Source: Trichosphaerium sp. ATCC 40318 (taxonomy: Eukaryota > Protista > Tubulinea). Taken from it: a stretch of 64,000 bases of DNA. A model generated the notes under the pieces. It worked only from the letters and a program-made list of their open reading frames with translations, was not told the origin of the DNA and made no database searches. Every line of letters begins with the position of its first letter. Position 1 is the stretch's first letter. The translations under genes and the position numbers were made by a program. Positions 53,401 through 64,000 of this stretch are shown in pieces. The stretch spans positions 82,040 to 146,039 of the forward strand of contig JALMLS010000196.1 of assembly GCA_038496445.1 (NCBI GenBank), written 5' to 3'.

Positions 53401-54625
53401 TTAGGTACATAGGTTTTTCTAGCGAACAATATCCACATGCTATTATTAAAGGTGAAAAAACCAATGGTACAGGTTAAAGTGCGTTAATCCAAAAAGTAAC
53501 AGAGAACGCATTTTAGGTGGTTTGGAAAATCACTTAAACATAAATATCTCTTACTTATCTGTTTTAGGATGATTAAAGCATTGCAACAGCCTTATTACAC
53601 CATTAAAGAATGTATTTAAAGCATTAACTCCAAGTACGTTGTTTTTAAAGCTTATTTCCACTTAATTTATCAAAAAACCCTACGCGTTCTTAATTTAGCG
53701 TTTACAAATGCATTAATTATTGTTCAGGCTCTCAAAACCAAATGCGATCAAATTACTTCTTTCATTTATGAAGACACAATGTATTTAACTTGTACATATT
53801 ATTTAGGATGTTTGTATTTTGTAATGATCAATAAATAAAATGACTTTGCATTAAATCTGAACCAAAGTATCAGATAATATTTTGTGTAATTTATAAAGTA
53901 TTTTTTATTGAAATCTACAAAAAATACATTAAGAAATGCTATAAAGAATACATAGAGAATTCTATATAAAATACATACGCAATTCCAAAAGTAATACTCT
54001 AAGAATTCTATGAGTAATACTTACGGAATTTCATATAAATTCAATGGGAATTAAGGAAGAGTTTTTCCGTCTACTTTTCCCATAGGAAAACAGGGTGGAT
54101 TACTTAAAAATTCCCATTTCTATTTTACTACTGATCTAGGCATTGTTAACATTAACTCTTGTAGCATGTTGTATAAAATAAAGTACCTGAAAATAAAAGA
54201 ACTTTTTATCCACAGTTTTACGCGCGGAAAACTCTGGTGTGTGAGTTCCATAGGAATTGATGTGAGCTAACTCTGGATTGTCTGAAGTAACATAGATGTG
54301 TCGTTCTACAGTGCATTTCGAGTTTTTTGGACAACTTGAGCATTTTCCTTTTTCATTGACGATTTTTACACAAGTGTTAAGAGGTTTGATGCAATGGTAA
54401 TACTTTAATGCACCCAAACCATTGTATGATAAGTTTCTAAAGTCAGGCCCTCCCAACGCTTTGGTTTGTTTGAAGTACCTTCCACAACGCATCAAAGGTT
54501 GAGTACCAATCTTTACAATGTTGTGTCGGATAGTATCTGGTGCAACAAGTTGCAGATACATTGGAAGGTTTTTTAACAAACACTGGCGTGATAAACCGGG
54601 CTTTTCTCTTGCCCAACGTGACATG
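50412..54625 (-). pseudogene. MULE transposase pseudogene (WRKY/GCM1-like finger, DDE core, SWIM finger)
   Basis: YYHC...CTVERHIYVTSDNPELAHINSYGTH (C-x23-H); LIGWDEEYKSNKH (D1); VMCDRC..VVLCQWH (D2, CxxH); NTNNKTE (E); CSCHQYHLYGKPCKHIFAV (SWIM). In-frame stops at 52944-52946 and 52531-52533, a frameshift near 52270 and a 1-kb insertion. Confidence 0.9.
53127..54133. mobile_element. Nested non-autonomous TIR element (1007 bp) with AT target duplication
   Basis: Termini cagtggtaaaatgaaaacgggatttt and (rc) cagtagtaaaatagaaatgggaattt; AT on both sides; empty site ctagATacgc at 47801-47810; contains TTAGGG repeats at ~53325-53360. Confidence 0.85.
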
Positions 54626-55336
54626 TGGCTGAGTTGGACCAATGAGAGAATTTTGGCGGTAAGTTAACTTTATTAAACTTAATTTCACAATCGCGAAAAA
54701 TCAAAATAATTTTTCAGAATTTTTTGTGGATTTTTGGAGATCCCTGCAAATACCTTGTTTAGGACTCCTGCCGATAACAGTATTGAAGGAAGAGCGTGAA
54801 AGAGTTTCGAATAATCTAGCCATTGTCGTTTAAAGAAGTGCGAAGCTCGGAAAGATAGAATTGTTACTAAAAAAGGCGGAAAACTGGCCTGTTGAAACTA
54901 CACTGTTTTGGAATTTAGCAAAACATAACACCTTTTAATAAACATCAAAATGACTTTAGAAGCATTTCCGGAGCGAACGGTTCAAAAATGACAAAAAAGG
55001 AAAGTGCGCGTACAAACTGACAGACTTTGTGGCTATTTTAAAATAATGCTCAAAACCAGATCAAGCACTTCTTTTATAACTTTAAATATGGTGATACAGC
55101 GCCTCAAGGCTAAGAAAAGCCAAACTGCGTGCAACATGAGAAAAATAATAGACATCAGAAAAAACTTCTTTATTTTATACTGTCCTTTGTGACATTACAA
55201 TACGCGATAAAGATTGATGCCCAGTACTGTAAAGAGCAAATAGGGGAAAATAGACAGAAAAACAGACAGAAAACCGCGAGTTTTCAACAGTAGGGAGAAA
55301 CTAACAAACCAATTAAAAATATCTTAGAAACGCATC

Positions 55337-55621
55337 ATGTCAACCATTATTAAATCGATCGGCAACTTTACCAAACGCTCATACAACCGACTATTGCGAC
55401 GATCAACGAAGAAATCGACCAATGTCAAGATTGTACAAGAACGAGTATCTGTTGTTACGTTCGAGAAGCGCATACAGTTCATCCCAACGTACGAGGAACA
55501 AAACAACCTTATGACGAGCGCCACATTGGTCGAACACGTTGAAACCGAATGCCATTTGTCTCCTATGCAACCTATATACTTTGGAGCACCTCTAAAACTA
55601 CCGTTGGCGCCTAGAGCTTGA
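55337..55621 (+). CDS. Intronless 94-aa orphan ORF with basic N-terminus
   Basis: ATG-to-TGA ORF, GC-richer than its A-rich flanks; no recognised domain. Confidence 0.5.
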   Translation: MSTIIKSIGNFTKRSYNRLLRRSTKKSTNVKIVQERVSVVTFEKRIQFIPTYEEQNNLMTSATLVEHVETECHLSPMQPIYFGAPLKLPLAPRA

Positions 55622-56592
55622 TTAATTAACACTACCGAAACTCGACTGGAAACAAAAAAAAAAACAAGTGTAAAAACAGTAAACTAAATGTACAACAGTA
55701 AACAGTGTAACCCTAAACTCTTTCAGTTGTTTGTTTTTTGCAAGTTTGCAACAAGAATACTTACCGGTGATTTGAGAACAGCAACGAGCACAGAAAGCGT
55801 CCATATCGCGTACAGAGTGTTTACACAAAGTGTAGAATAGTTAGTTTAGTGGTTCATCCGATTCCGCTTTGTGGGCCAAAATAACACTAAAAAGGTTACA
55901 AGTACGCTCTGAAATGCGATATGAACGCTATTAGAGTTATACTAGCTAATAAAAAACACTTACCGTTACGATCACGTTTTTTCGCCCAAAACTAGAACAA
56001 AAACTGATCAAAGCGACATTGGCGCAATATTACACATACATGGGTTAATTGGGGTAAATATTAACGTATTAACTAAGAGCGTTAAAAAATATTCCTGCTG
56101 TAAAAGTGCCGGTGCGGTTGGCAGCACCACAATTATGCTCGTGCCATAGATTTGGAGAATAATATAAATAAATACTGTAGTGGTTATCGTACACTGCCTT
56201 CTCACTTGTATTACGCGCGTAACCAACAGCTCTTAAAACTGAGCCGCCTAGCACTAAAATCTGCGAACTTTAAGTCGTTGTCTACAATAATTTTAAGTAA
56301 CTACCTTGGTGAACGCATTCGCGCTTGGAAATCATCAGTTTAATGATTCAATAACAAAATGTTTGATTTGAGAACAAAGAAAGTGGCTCGAGCTCGACTA
56401 CGTATTCTTTTTGTGAAGTAACCAGGCCATTGTAAAAAAAAAATACTTTAATCTATGTACAAGCACAACCAACTACGTGTGAAAGACTGAGAAAGGTTGT
56501 TTTCATCCAAAAAGCTTCCTGTAACCTTTCCGTCTCTTTTACCACTTTGAGGTCAGTTGTGTTTTTGTTCGTGTTTCGTTATCCGATAACTC

Positions 56593-59091
56593 TTATAAAT
56601 TCGGATTTGGGTTACTTCTACGTCTGCGATACTTTCCATTAGTGCGGCCATGGTTGTCTCTACAAAATTATAAAATCAGATAAACTTGACTGTACCATCT
56701 TAAACACCCTTTGCAGTGACGTACCTTGGTACAGAAGGTGGAGGACGTGTTCTAGAGTCAGAATTACGCCAAGTGTAAGGATCAGGCCAATTAGCACTAC
56801 TCGTTCTATTATGAGGCAAAGTAGGCGATTGAGAGGCATCGTTTGGGTTTGCAGACATTCTGTTCAATGGCGCTGCACGAGGGCGAATCTCAGAACGTTG
56901 TTCTGAACTACGTGGTGAAGTACTCATAGTGTTGTTGTTGTTTGTGTTTGAATTACGACCAGGTTGGTTATTTACTCGGTTAGTGATATGCGCATTATTA
57001 ACAGCTCCGTTAGGCACCTCTCCTTGGCGTATATTATTACGACGAGGCTGAGTAGTATCAACACGGTTCCCACGATTATTATTTTGAATATTAGAAGGAG
57101 CTTGATGATAGTCACGCTAAAGAAATTCAGTTAGAAGATGAACAAGGAAAATTAAAAAGTAAGGTGAGTTTTTTTTTAAGGGGTGACGACTACGTACGTT
57201 TCCATGTCTTTGGGTAGCAACAGGAACCCATGCACCTGACGGAGCTACATTGTAAGGGTGAGGTACATTCTCGAAAGCACGCCATGGATGCCATGTACGT
57301 TGCTCTACCAGCACGCTCAGCACAATTTTTTTTGAAAGAAAAACGACCTACCTGAGGAACCATTCATTGGAGAATTAGCAGGCCTACGTGGCGACGAAGG
57401 TGAGAACTGGTCTTGGTTTCCATCGTGCACGAATTGTGTTTGGTAGCGCATAGGTACTAGCGTCATTGATGGGTGAACAGGTGTAATAGGACGTGTTGTA
57501 TAATACGGTAGGGTATTGGTGTACCCTGCGTAGTTATAGTGTACGCCACTATGAACAAACGAATTGTCGTCTGTAGCTGGCATTCTCGCGTGGTATCTAG
57601 GTGGAGGCAAGAATGAGCCAGCTGTGTGCAAAAGTTAGTGCTTTACACGAAACTCAATTATGGGCTTACGAGGGTTCTGAGGAGGGGAACGATAGTGCCG
57701 GCGTCTGGGATCTATCATTGGGCAATAGAGCTTGGTAGAAGGTAAGTATAGGTTGAGGTTTGGTCTTGTATTCAACTACAACGCACTGGTGGTGTTCGCG
57801 ATTGTTCAAATGAGGTTGGTGGGCGTGATATTTGCGGCATAAAGTCGTGAAGGAACGGATTCCTTCCATGGAATACGTCTTCTTGCCACATTTCTGAAGG
57901 TCCTAAAAACAACATAGTATTAGAGTAGTCCCTTGTTGTTGCGTTTTAAGCAACATACCACGCAGTGAAAGTCCTGAACTGCTACTGGAAAGAGGGTGAT
58001 CTGAAGGTTCGTTGTTAGGCTCAGTATTAGGGTAACCAGAACGCAAACCGAGTTCGCCCCAAGCGCTAATAAAAATAAGCTTTTTTTGTAATTTCTCCTT
58101 TTTTTGTAGTGTACTCTAATATAGACCTATGCTCTTCTGGTTGCTCCGTATTACCTCTTTCGAAGTTTGCTTGATCATCACGGCACTTTACAAGAATATA
58201 AGAGATTGATTTGAAAAATCAAAAAAAAACAGAAATTACAAGTTCAGAAGAGTGATGAAGACTTTTAACTACCGTGATTTACCTTTTTAACTTGCTCTTT
58301 AGTCATTCTGGCTCTATAGAGCGAGAAACAGTCCTTGCACAAGTAATTATGACGTTCAGTTCCTTCACCTTGTTTACAATTCCATAAACAAGATTGATCA
58401 GTCTCAACACGTTCCTAAAATCACAGTTAGTATCTAGTAATAGATATTGCTTATGATCTAACCAAAAACAGACAAAATCAAAAAAAAAAAAATAAATAGA
58501 ATAAAAAAGCCTTCAGTACCTTTGTAGCTAAAACCTGACATAGAGCTAGATTCTTACGTAGTGGTATACATGGAGAGAAGTCCTCACTTTAAAAAAGGAA
58601 GAGTTTAGTATTGGCGTTATTGCGTTTCTTTAAAAAACTATATCTTACCGGCATATCGGACACTGCCAAGATAAAACGCCCATGATACACTTTATGCAAA
58701 ATGAATGACCACATCGTAGGCTAGTTGGGAACCCTAAAGTGTTAGGTTAATCGTTGAGATTTTAAAACCCCGCTCGAGTTAAGGACGAAGCGTAAAGCAA
58801 TGTGTACAAGCCGTATTGGTAATTCAGAAAAGCGAAATTTTAAAAATGTAACGCAATTGTACCATTACGCCCTAGTGTGTCCAAGCATATCGAGCAGGTG
58901 GGATGCGAGGCTTTTTCTTCCTGTAGGCGCGTTTCGTCATTACTTTCCACAGAGCATGCACAAGAACGCGTAGGAGTAGCCAGCTTAGTACCTAAGAGCC
59001 TATGTAAATAATCGTCTTAACACTTATTAAAATTACGTGGTTTGAGCGCCACCAACGGCTCAACGACTACTTTAGCTGTCTTATTGCTCAT
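56593..59091 (-). CDS. C3HC4 RING-finger protein with long low-complexity tail
   Basis: Spliced CSICLDTL...PTSLRCGHSFCIKCIMGVLSWQCPICR...LRKNLAL, then a Cys/His cluster and an N/P/R-rich tail. Confidence 0.8.
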
Positions 59092-59550
59092 GAAATAATT
59101 CTGTGGCCAACCAATGAGCTTCCGCCAATACTCGACCCATTTCCTACTAGACTTAACAGCATAAAAAAACCCGACTTATTTTAAGGCAAAAATCCATAAC
59201 TGCCTTTTTAGAGTGCACCGGTTCAATAACAAGCAAACTGTAGAAACACAGTTTATAAAAACGTGCCGTGCTTTGAAAAAATCAAGAAAGAGCCGAGTTC
59301 AACAGCAAGTCAAGACACCCTTTTCTTAGTTTTCCATAACGCAATACTGTGTTCGAACTTTCCACAACAAGTTGAGTTTACGTTTCATTTCGCTTATAAA
59401 ATGAGCAGTTTCAACACGTGGGGAAAAAGGGGTAGAGAATTTGAACGAATAGAAATGTATACCGCCTTATTTAGTATTGCACCTCAAGGCTTTGTAACGA
59501 TCAGTGAGACATATGAAAACATTTTATTAATAAGGAGCCAGTAGATTACA

Positions 59551-61957
59551 CTACTCATCTGGTACTGTTATGTCCGGCTTAGGAAGAATAGCTCCAGAAA
59601 ATGCGAAATATGCAGCAGCGAGCGTCAAGAGAAAGTTTACAGTTTGACCGACTAGGTACAAGAGAAGGAGTTTTCCTCCTTTTAGTTTCTTGATTAATAC
59701 TTTAATACTGCATGATAATCCAATACCAACAAAAGCAACAGAAAACCACCACGTGCTAGCTGCCTACACCATAAAAACAAGTTAATTGTAATGACTTTAA
59801 ACAAACAAAACAAAACGTCAAAAGAAGAAAACACGTGCTAGTTTTCAAAGAAGATAATAAAGAAGTCTAAAACTTTGGCTTTAAATTATTTCATATGAAG
59901 TACTTGCCTTTGCCATATCTAGAACAATATCTGTCTTTGCTTCACCGATTGTTGGAACAAGAATAAATGAGTACACAAGAGAAGCAATAAAAAATCCTAA
60001 AACGAATTTTGGAAACTTCTTCCATAGGACCCAGTATGATACACCGTTTCCTTCAGAATCCTTTTCAACCATTCTGTACCAATAAAATGCGATAGCAAGA
60101 CAAACAAAACCTAGAATAAATACAAAGTTAAAAAGAGAAAAAAGAAAGAATTATATCGCTCCAAGTACTTGCCTATAATGGCGTTTTGTACCATCTTTAC
60201 AACGCTAGCAACCTCTTCACATATTGCACTTACAATTGCTCCTGCGGCAACAACTGCAGCGGTTTCTAGACAATCACGTGAGAAAATAAAAAATATTTTA
60301 AAGTGAATTACAACTTACCGTTTATAGATCCTCCGAACCAAGCTCCAGCAACATAGTGATCCATCCCAGAGTAGATGACCAAGTACGGTAATGATACCAT
60401 GAAAATTGTTGTAAAGAAACTTATCACACCAATGGCAATAGCAAGCTTAATACAAGTTGTTAGAAAAAAACAAAAAAAAAAGAGACCGCAAAGCAAAACT
60501 TACATCAGCTGCATTTCCACCAACACTTGCTGAAGCTGCGGCTGCTGCAGATGCACCACAAACGCAAGTACCAGTAGACAGAGTAATAGCAAGCTTCTTG
60601 TTAGCCATTTTGAGTATTTTTGTTCCAAAGAGGTACATGCTTATTAAAGCAACTATTGGATAACACTTAGCGATTCTGCGCCAACTTTTTTGTAAACTTA
60701 CCAGGTGTAACGCAAAACGCAACAATAATTCCCGGTGCTCCCAGGTTGATAACAGTCTGTACTTTAATTGCGAGTAGTACAAGGCCAATCTTCAAAAAAT
60801 ATTCTGGTCTGTTAGGTTTTAAAAGCCATTCGTTTGGTATCTTCAATAAATCCGTAATGTTTACAATAGCTATACCGAAAACAATAGCCTAATAAAAACC
60901 TATGTAAGTACATTCATAAAATTGATCATGTAAGCACCCAAAACGCGTATCCAAGACCATACCTAAAAGAATTTAATTAAGAGATATTTTACTTTAAATT
61001 TCGTCTCGGTCACGTTCATGCACGCGAATGTAACCGACATTTTATAGTACGCACGTTGAAAAGTCTTCTTGTTTTCCCAAGAATAATGCAAGGAAACCAA
61101 ATAAGTGTACAACAACATCTTATCGGCGTCAAACAAAATAAGTTGTTCAAGTCTTTATGGTAGTTGGTAAAATTTTTCAAAAAGGATACATGATAATGAG
61201 AGCGCTTTGAACTCTCTGCCATGAATGAACATGCCAGAAAATGCGTTTATGATAAACATGACAGCAGAATTAAGTAAAATACCAACCCAAACGTCATCCG
61301 TATCAGCTCTTGTTGTCTTGTCTATTGCAATAAAAGCCACCTAAAAAAAAATTAAACACTGACAGCAAGAAAAAGGCCACAAAACGGGTATGGGTTAAAA
61401 AAAGGAAATGTCATGCTTCTAGGCAGTACAAAAAAAAAACCTAATGAAGCCTTATCTAGTGGCATTTACTGCCCAAAATAGCATAAACCAAAACACTCCG
61501 AACATTTTTGATTTTCGAACAACACAAGAAAAAAGTCCTCAAACTATTCTACCTTGGGCTCTTTCCAGGGCCACTTTTGCGGTATGAACGCTGTAAGTGG
61601 CCTGTTGTCAGATGTGAAGACCACAATCAATATTAAGGATATGATAGTCAAAAAACCTAAGGACGCGTTAGCTTCATCAACCATTAGGTCTTGGATGTAC
61701 CTAGCCACACAGAGAACCAATCCTCTGTTATTTTCGGGCCTGCTTGATCCCATATGTAACCCAGCGTTATCTAACGAACCAGTTACACTAATAGAAGTAG
61801 TTTTGTAAAGAAGAAAAGTTGACATTACTTTTGGCTTTTCTTTGTATTGTTTTCCGTATGCGCTGGTGTCTGAACCGTCTGTTACAAGCATTGTACTTTC
61901 TGCCGTCGAAAGCGGTGTGGCTTCATCATTTTGAAGAGAAGTACCGCCGTAAGACAT
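59551..61957 (-). CDS. YeiH/UPF0324 (putative sulfate exporter family) membrane protein
   Basis: GYAFWAIVFGIAIVNI, EYFLKIGLVLL, GTCVCGASAAAA, AGAWFGGSI, VKMVQNAIIG, LWKKFPKFVLGFF and LYLVGQTVN. Confidence 0.9.
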
Positions 61958-62195
61958 TATGGAGTATTTGTAGAACGAAGTATTATGTTTGTTAGTTCAC
62001 CCGCACGTGATGTTTGTACTTGCCTCGCTTAATTCGTTAAGTCATTTCCACAGGCAGTACCTTTGTGGTACAACAAACGGCGCATTCGAAACAAACACTA
62101 ATGAGCCTTGTAAAAAAGCAAGATACTTAATCTTTGTTTTATGTATCACGAGCAATCACTTGTGCTAACTTTTTTTTATTTACGCATTTTTTCCC

Positions 62196-63657
62196 TTAGC
62201 AGTCTTCTTTAAACTCAACCCAAACTGGTTTGTTCACATCTTTTCCAGATTCATATAGAGCGTCGAGTACTTTTGTAATACGCTCAGCCATGTGCACGTA
62301 TGTCTTTCCAGCATCAGGGTTTGTCTTCATTTCTTTAACGACTTTGGCAAAATTGTCTATCATATTGACTTGACCATAGCCAGGTTTCCCTTTTCCTGAA
62401 ACAACCTCTACTTCGGCCTCTCTTGGAGGTGCATGATACTCTATTCCAGAATTAAGTTACGTAGATTACCAGATAGAAAACAACTTACTCGTGTATTGCC
62501 ATTTGTCTGGTACGCTACCCTCACCTTCTGGCCAAGGGAAGCAAAATGATCCATGCCAAGGCAAGTAAACATCATCACAAATAATCCTACCTTTCTTTCC
62601 GACTACTTCAACAGACTGACGGACTGTACCAGCAAGGAATCCTACAGTAGAAATAAGAACAAGAAACTTATACCTTTGTCAGCATACCGAAATCGAAATT
62701 AGCACGACATTCGTCTTCAAAAACAATCATTCCACTGCCAGCATAGATAACACCAAGTTCCTGGTAACAACGTTAATACCTTGATTTATAAAATTGTATA
62801 GATTTCTAGGTACCTCATCACGGAGATACGAACACGTAACACGAGAAATCTTTCTATCAAAACCGGCACACGTGAGAATAATACGGACAGCATACCAACC
62901 AACCTATTCCTCTTATTAATGAAGTCATTTAATAAAGATCACATACGTCTCCTAATGCCCCCATTGGTTCCATCTTTGGATTCCATCTTATGCCTTCCTT
63001 GGTACCACCATGTGGAAAAGAAAAATTTGAGTTAACTTTTATAACTTCTCCTAATTCTCCGTCTTTTCCTTTTGCGCAGATTTCTGCGATCTCTTTTGTC
63101 CTTGGATGATGAGGGAAATGTGTAGCGTCCATAAACAATACACCAGCTAAACGAAAGCGTAAGTTTAACAGTATATTTTGGGAAGAATGTGACTTGTTTT
63201 TTTTTCTTACCTTTTTTACAAGCGTCTGTGATTCTACGAAGCTCTTCGAAGCTAATGAATGGCTTATCTGCTAAAACGTGCTTTCCGCTTTCAGCAACTC
63301 GTACAGCGACATCAGCCATGACAGCTGTAGGTATAGCAATGTCTAATGAAACGTGAGAAACGATATACAGGCTATTAGAGCGTACAGATAGCATCAATGG
63401 CTGAGTCTTTTAACAAGTCATCCTGACTACCGTATGGAGTGATTTTAGGGTCTTTTTGAAGCGTTGTAAACTCGTCAGCGAACTTTGTTGCCTTGTCAAG
63501 CGAACGGCTCGCAACAGCACCAATTACGCTTCCTGACGCCACCATGGCTTTAGCGACATGGCCTAATACCTGTTACGGGAAATAAACTGTTAAAATACGT
63601 ACGCGCAATGAAACCAAGTCCAACGATACCAAATCGAAGAGAAGGTATATCTGTCAT
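62196..63657 (-). CDS. Gfo/Idh/MocA family NAD(P)-dependent oxidoreductase
   Basis: LRFGIVGLGFIA, GAVASRSLDKA, GKHVLADKP, FMDATHFPHHPRT and GALGDVGWY. Confidence 0.92.
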
Positions 63658-64000
63658 TATATTCTTGAAGCCTAAACACTAGTTGCTTCTGTTGTAGGTA
63701 TGAACTGGGATTACAGTTGGCACCACATGACTTAATTCAAGTTACTTTCCCCAAATGTTACCACTACTGCAAAAAGGATGTCCCACTAGGGTATGACACA
63801 GTGACCCTGAGGAACGAATTCAGCTCTACGAATTCGTTGATACTCCGCCTAAGAACGCACTTAAACAGAACAATATGTGTACAGTTTGCTGATCAAAACC
63901 TTCAAAATGACTATGTAGAACAAATCGAAGCTCCAACGAATACTACAATAGAAACAAAGTTGTTTTAGAGCAAAAAATAGCTGGCGAATTCTGAACATTG

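Larger units (their letters stand above)
47193..54747. mobile_element. Rearranged Mutator-like (MULE) transposon locus
   Basis: Three GCAG(G/C)GATCTCCAAAAATCC termini (47193+, 50147+, 54747-); 614-bp inverted copies 47193-47806 and 54134-54747; MULE/SWIM transposase relic; 9-bp ACAAAAGTA present in inverted orientation. Confidence 0.92.

Noticed and set aside
47193-54747. A simple element with 614-bp TIRs
   Set aside because: The outer ends share no direct TSD; the 9-bp TSD pairs 47193 with the internal end at 50147, and arm homology continues past the nested insertion.
56008-56343. Short ORFs between the orphan and RING genes
   Set aside because: Non-ATG starts, no motif and no convincing splice model.
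63717-63968. 83-aa ORF at the window end
   Set aside because: TTG start and no recognisable domain; cannot be assigned without flanking sequence.

Overview
Compact, AT-rich eukaryotic DNA, most likely an amoebozoan-like protist (inferred from gene content and intron style). It holds about 28 genes split by many short introns (mostly 40-60 nt; GT-AG plus several GC-AG), often as divergent pairs only 100-400 bp apart. All gene models were spliced by hand, so exon boundaries are approximate. Routine genes include a P4-ATPase, mitochondrial phosphate carrier, POP4/Rpp29, family C GPCR, maltose O-acetyltransferase, NAA30, a DIL-domain protein, an esterase, a C2-CaMK kinase, LIN37, an SLC13 transporter, a synergin-gamma-like protein, a RING protein, a YeiH transporter and a Gfo/Idh/MocA oxidoreductase. 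The strongest observations are: (1) two genes built from ~70-aa 'DWY...YP..W..W.F' tandem repeats on all-phase-2 exons, one ending in a PD-(D/E)xK/RAP-like nuclease domain and one stopping just as that domain starts; (2) an in-frame fusion of the COPII GEF Sec12 to a catalytically degenerate ELO elongase; (3) a rearranged Mutator-like transposon locus at 47.2-54.7 kb with an inverted 9-bp target-site duplication, a nested element whose empty site is also in the window, and TTAGGG repeats; (4) a palindromic pair of intronless orphan genes; (5) CBM48-PhnP and Kelch-PUL domain fusions.
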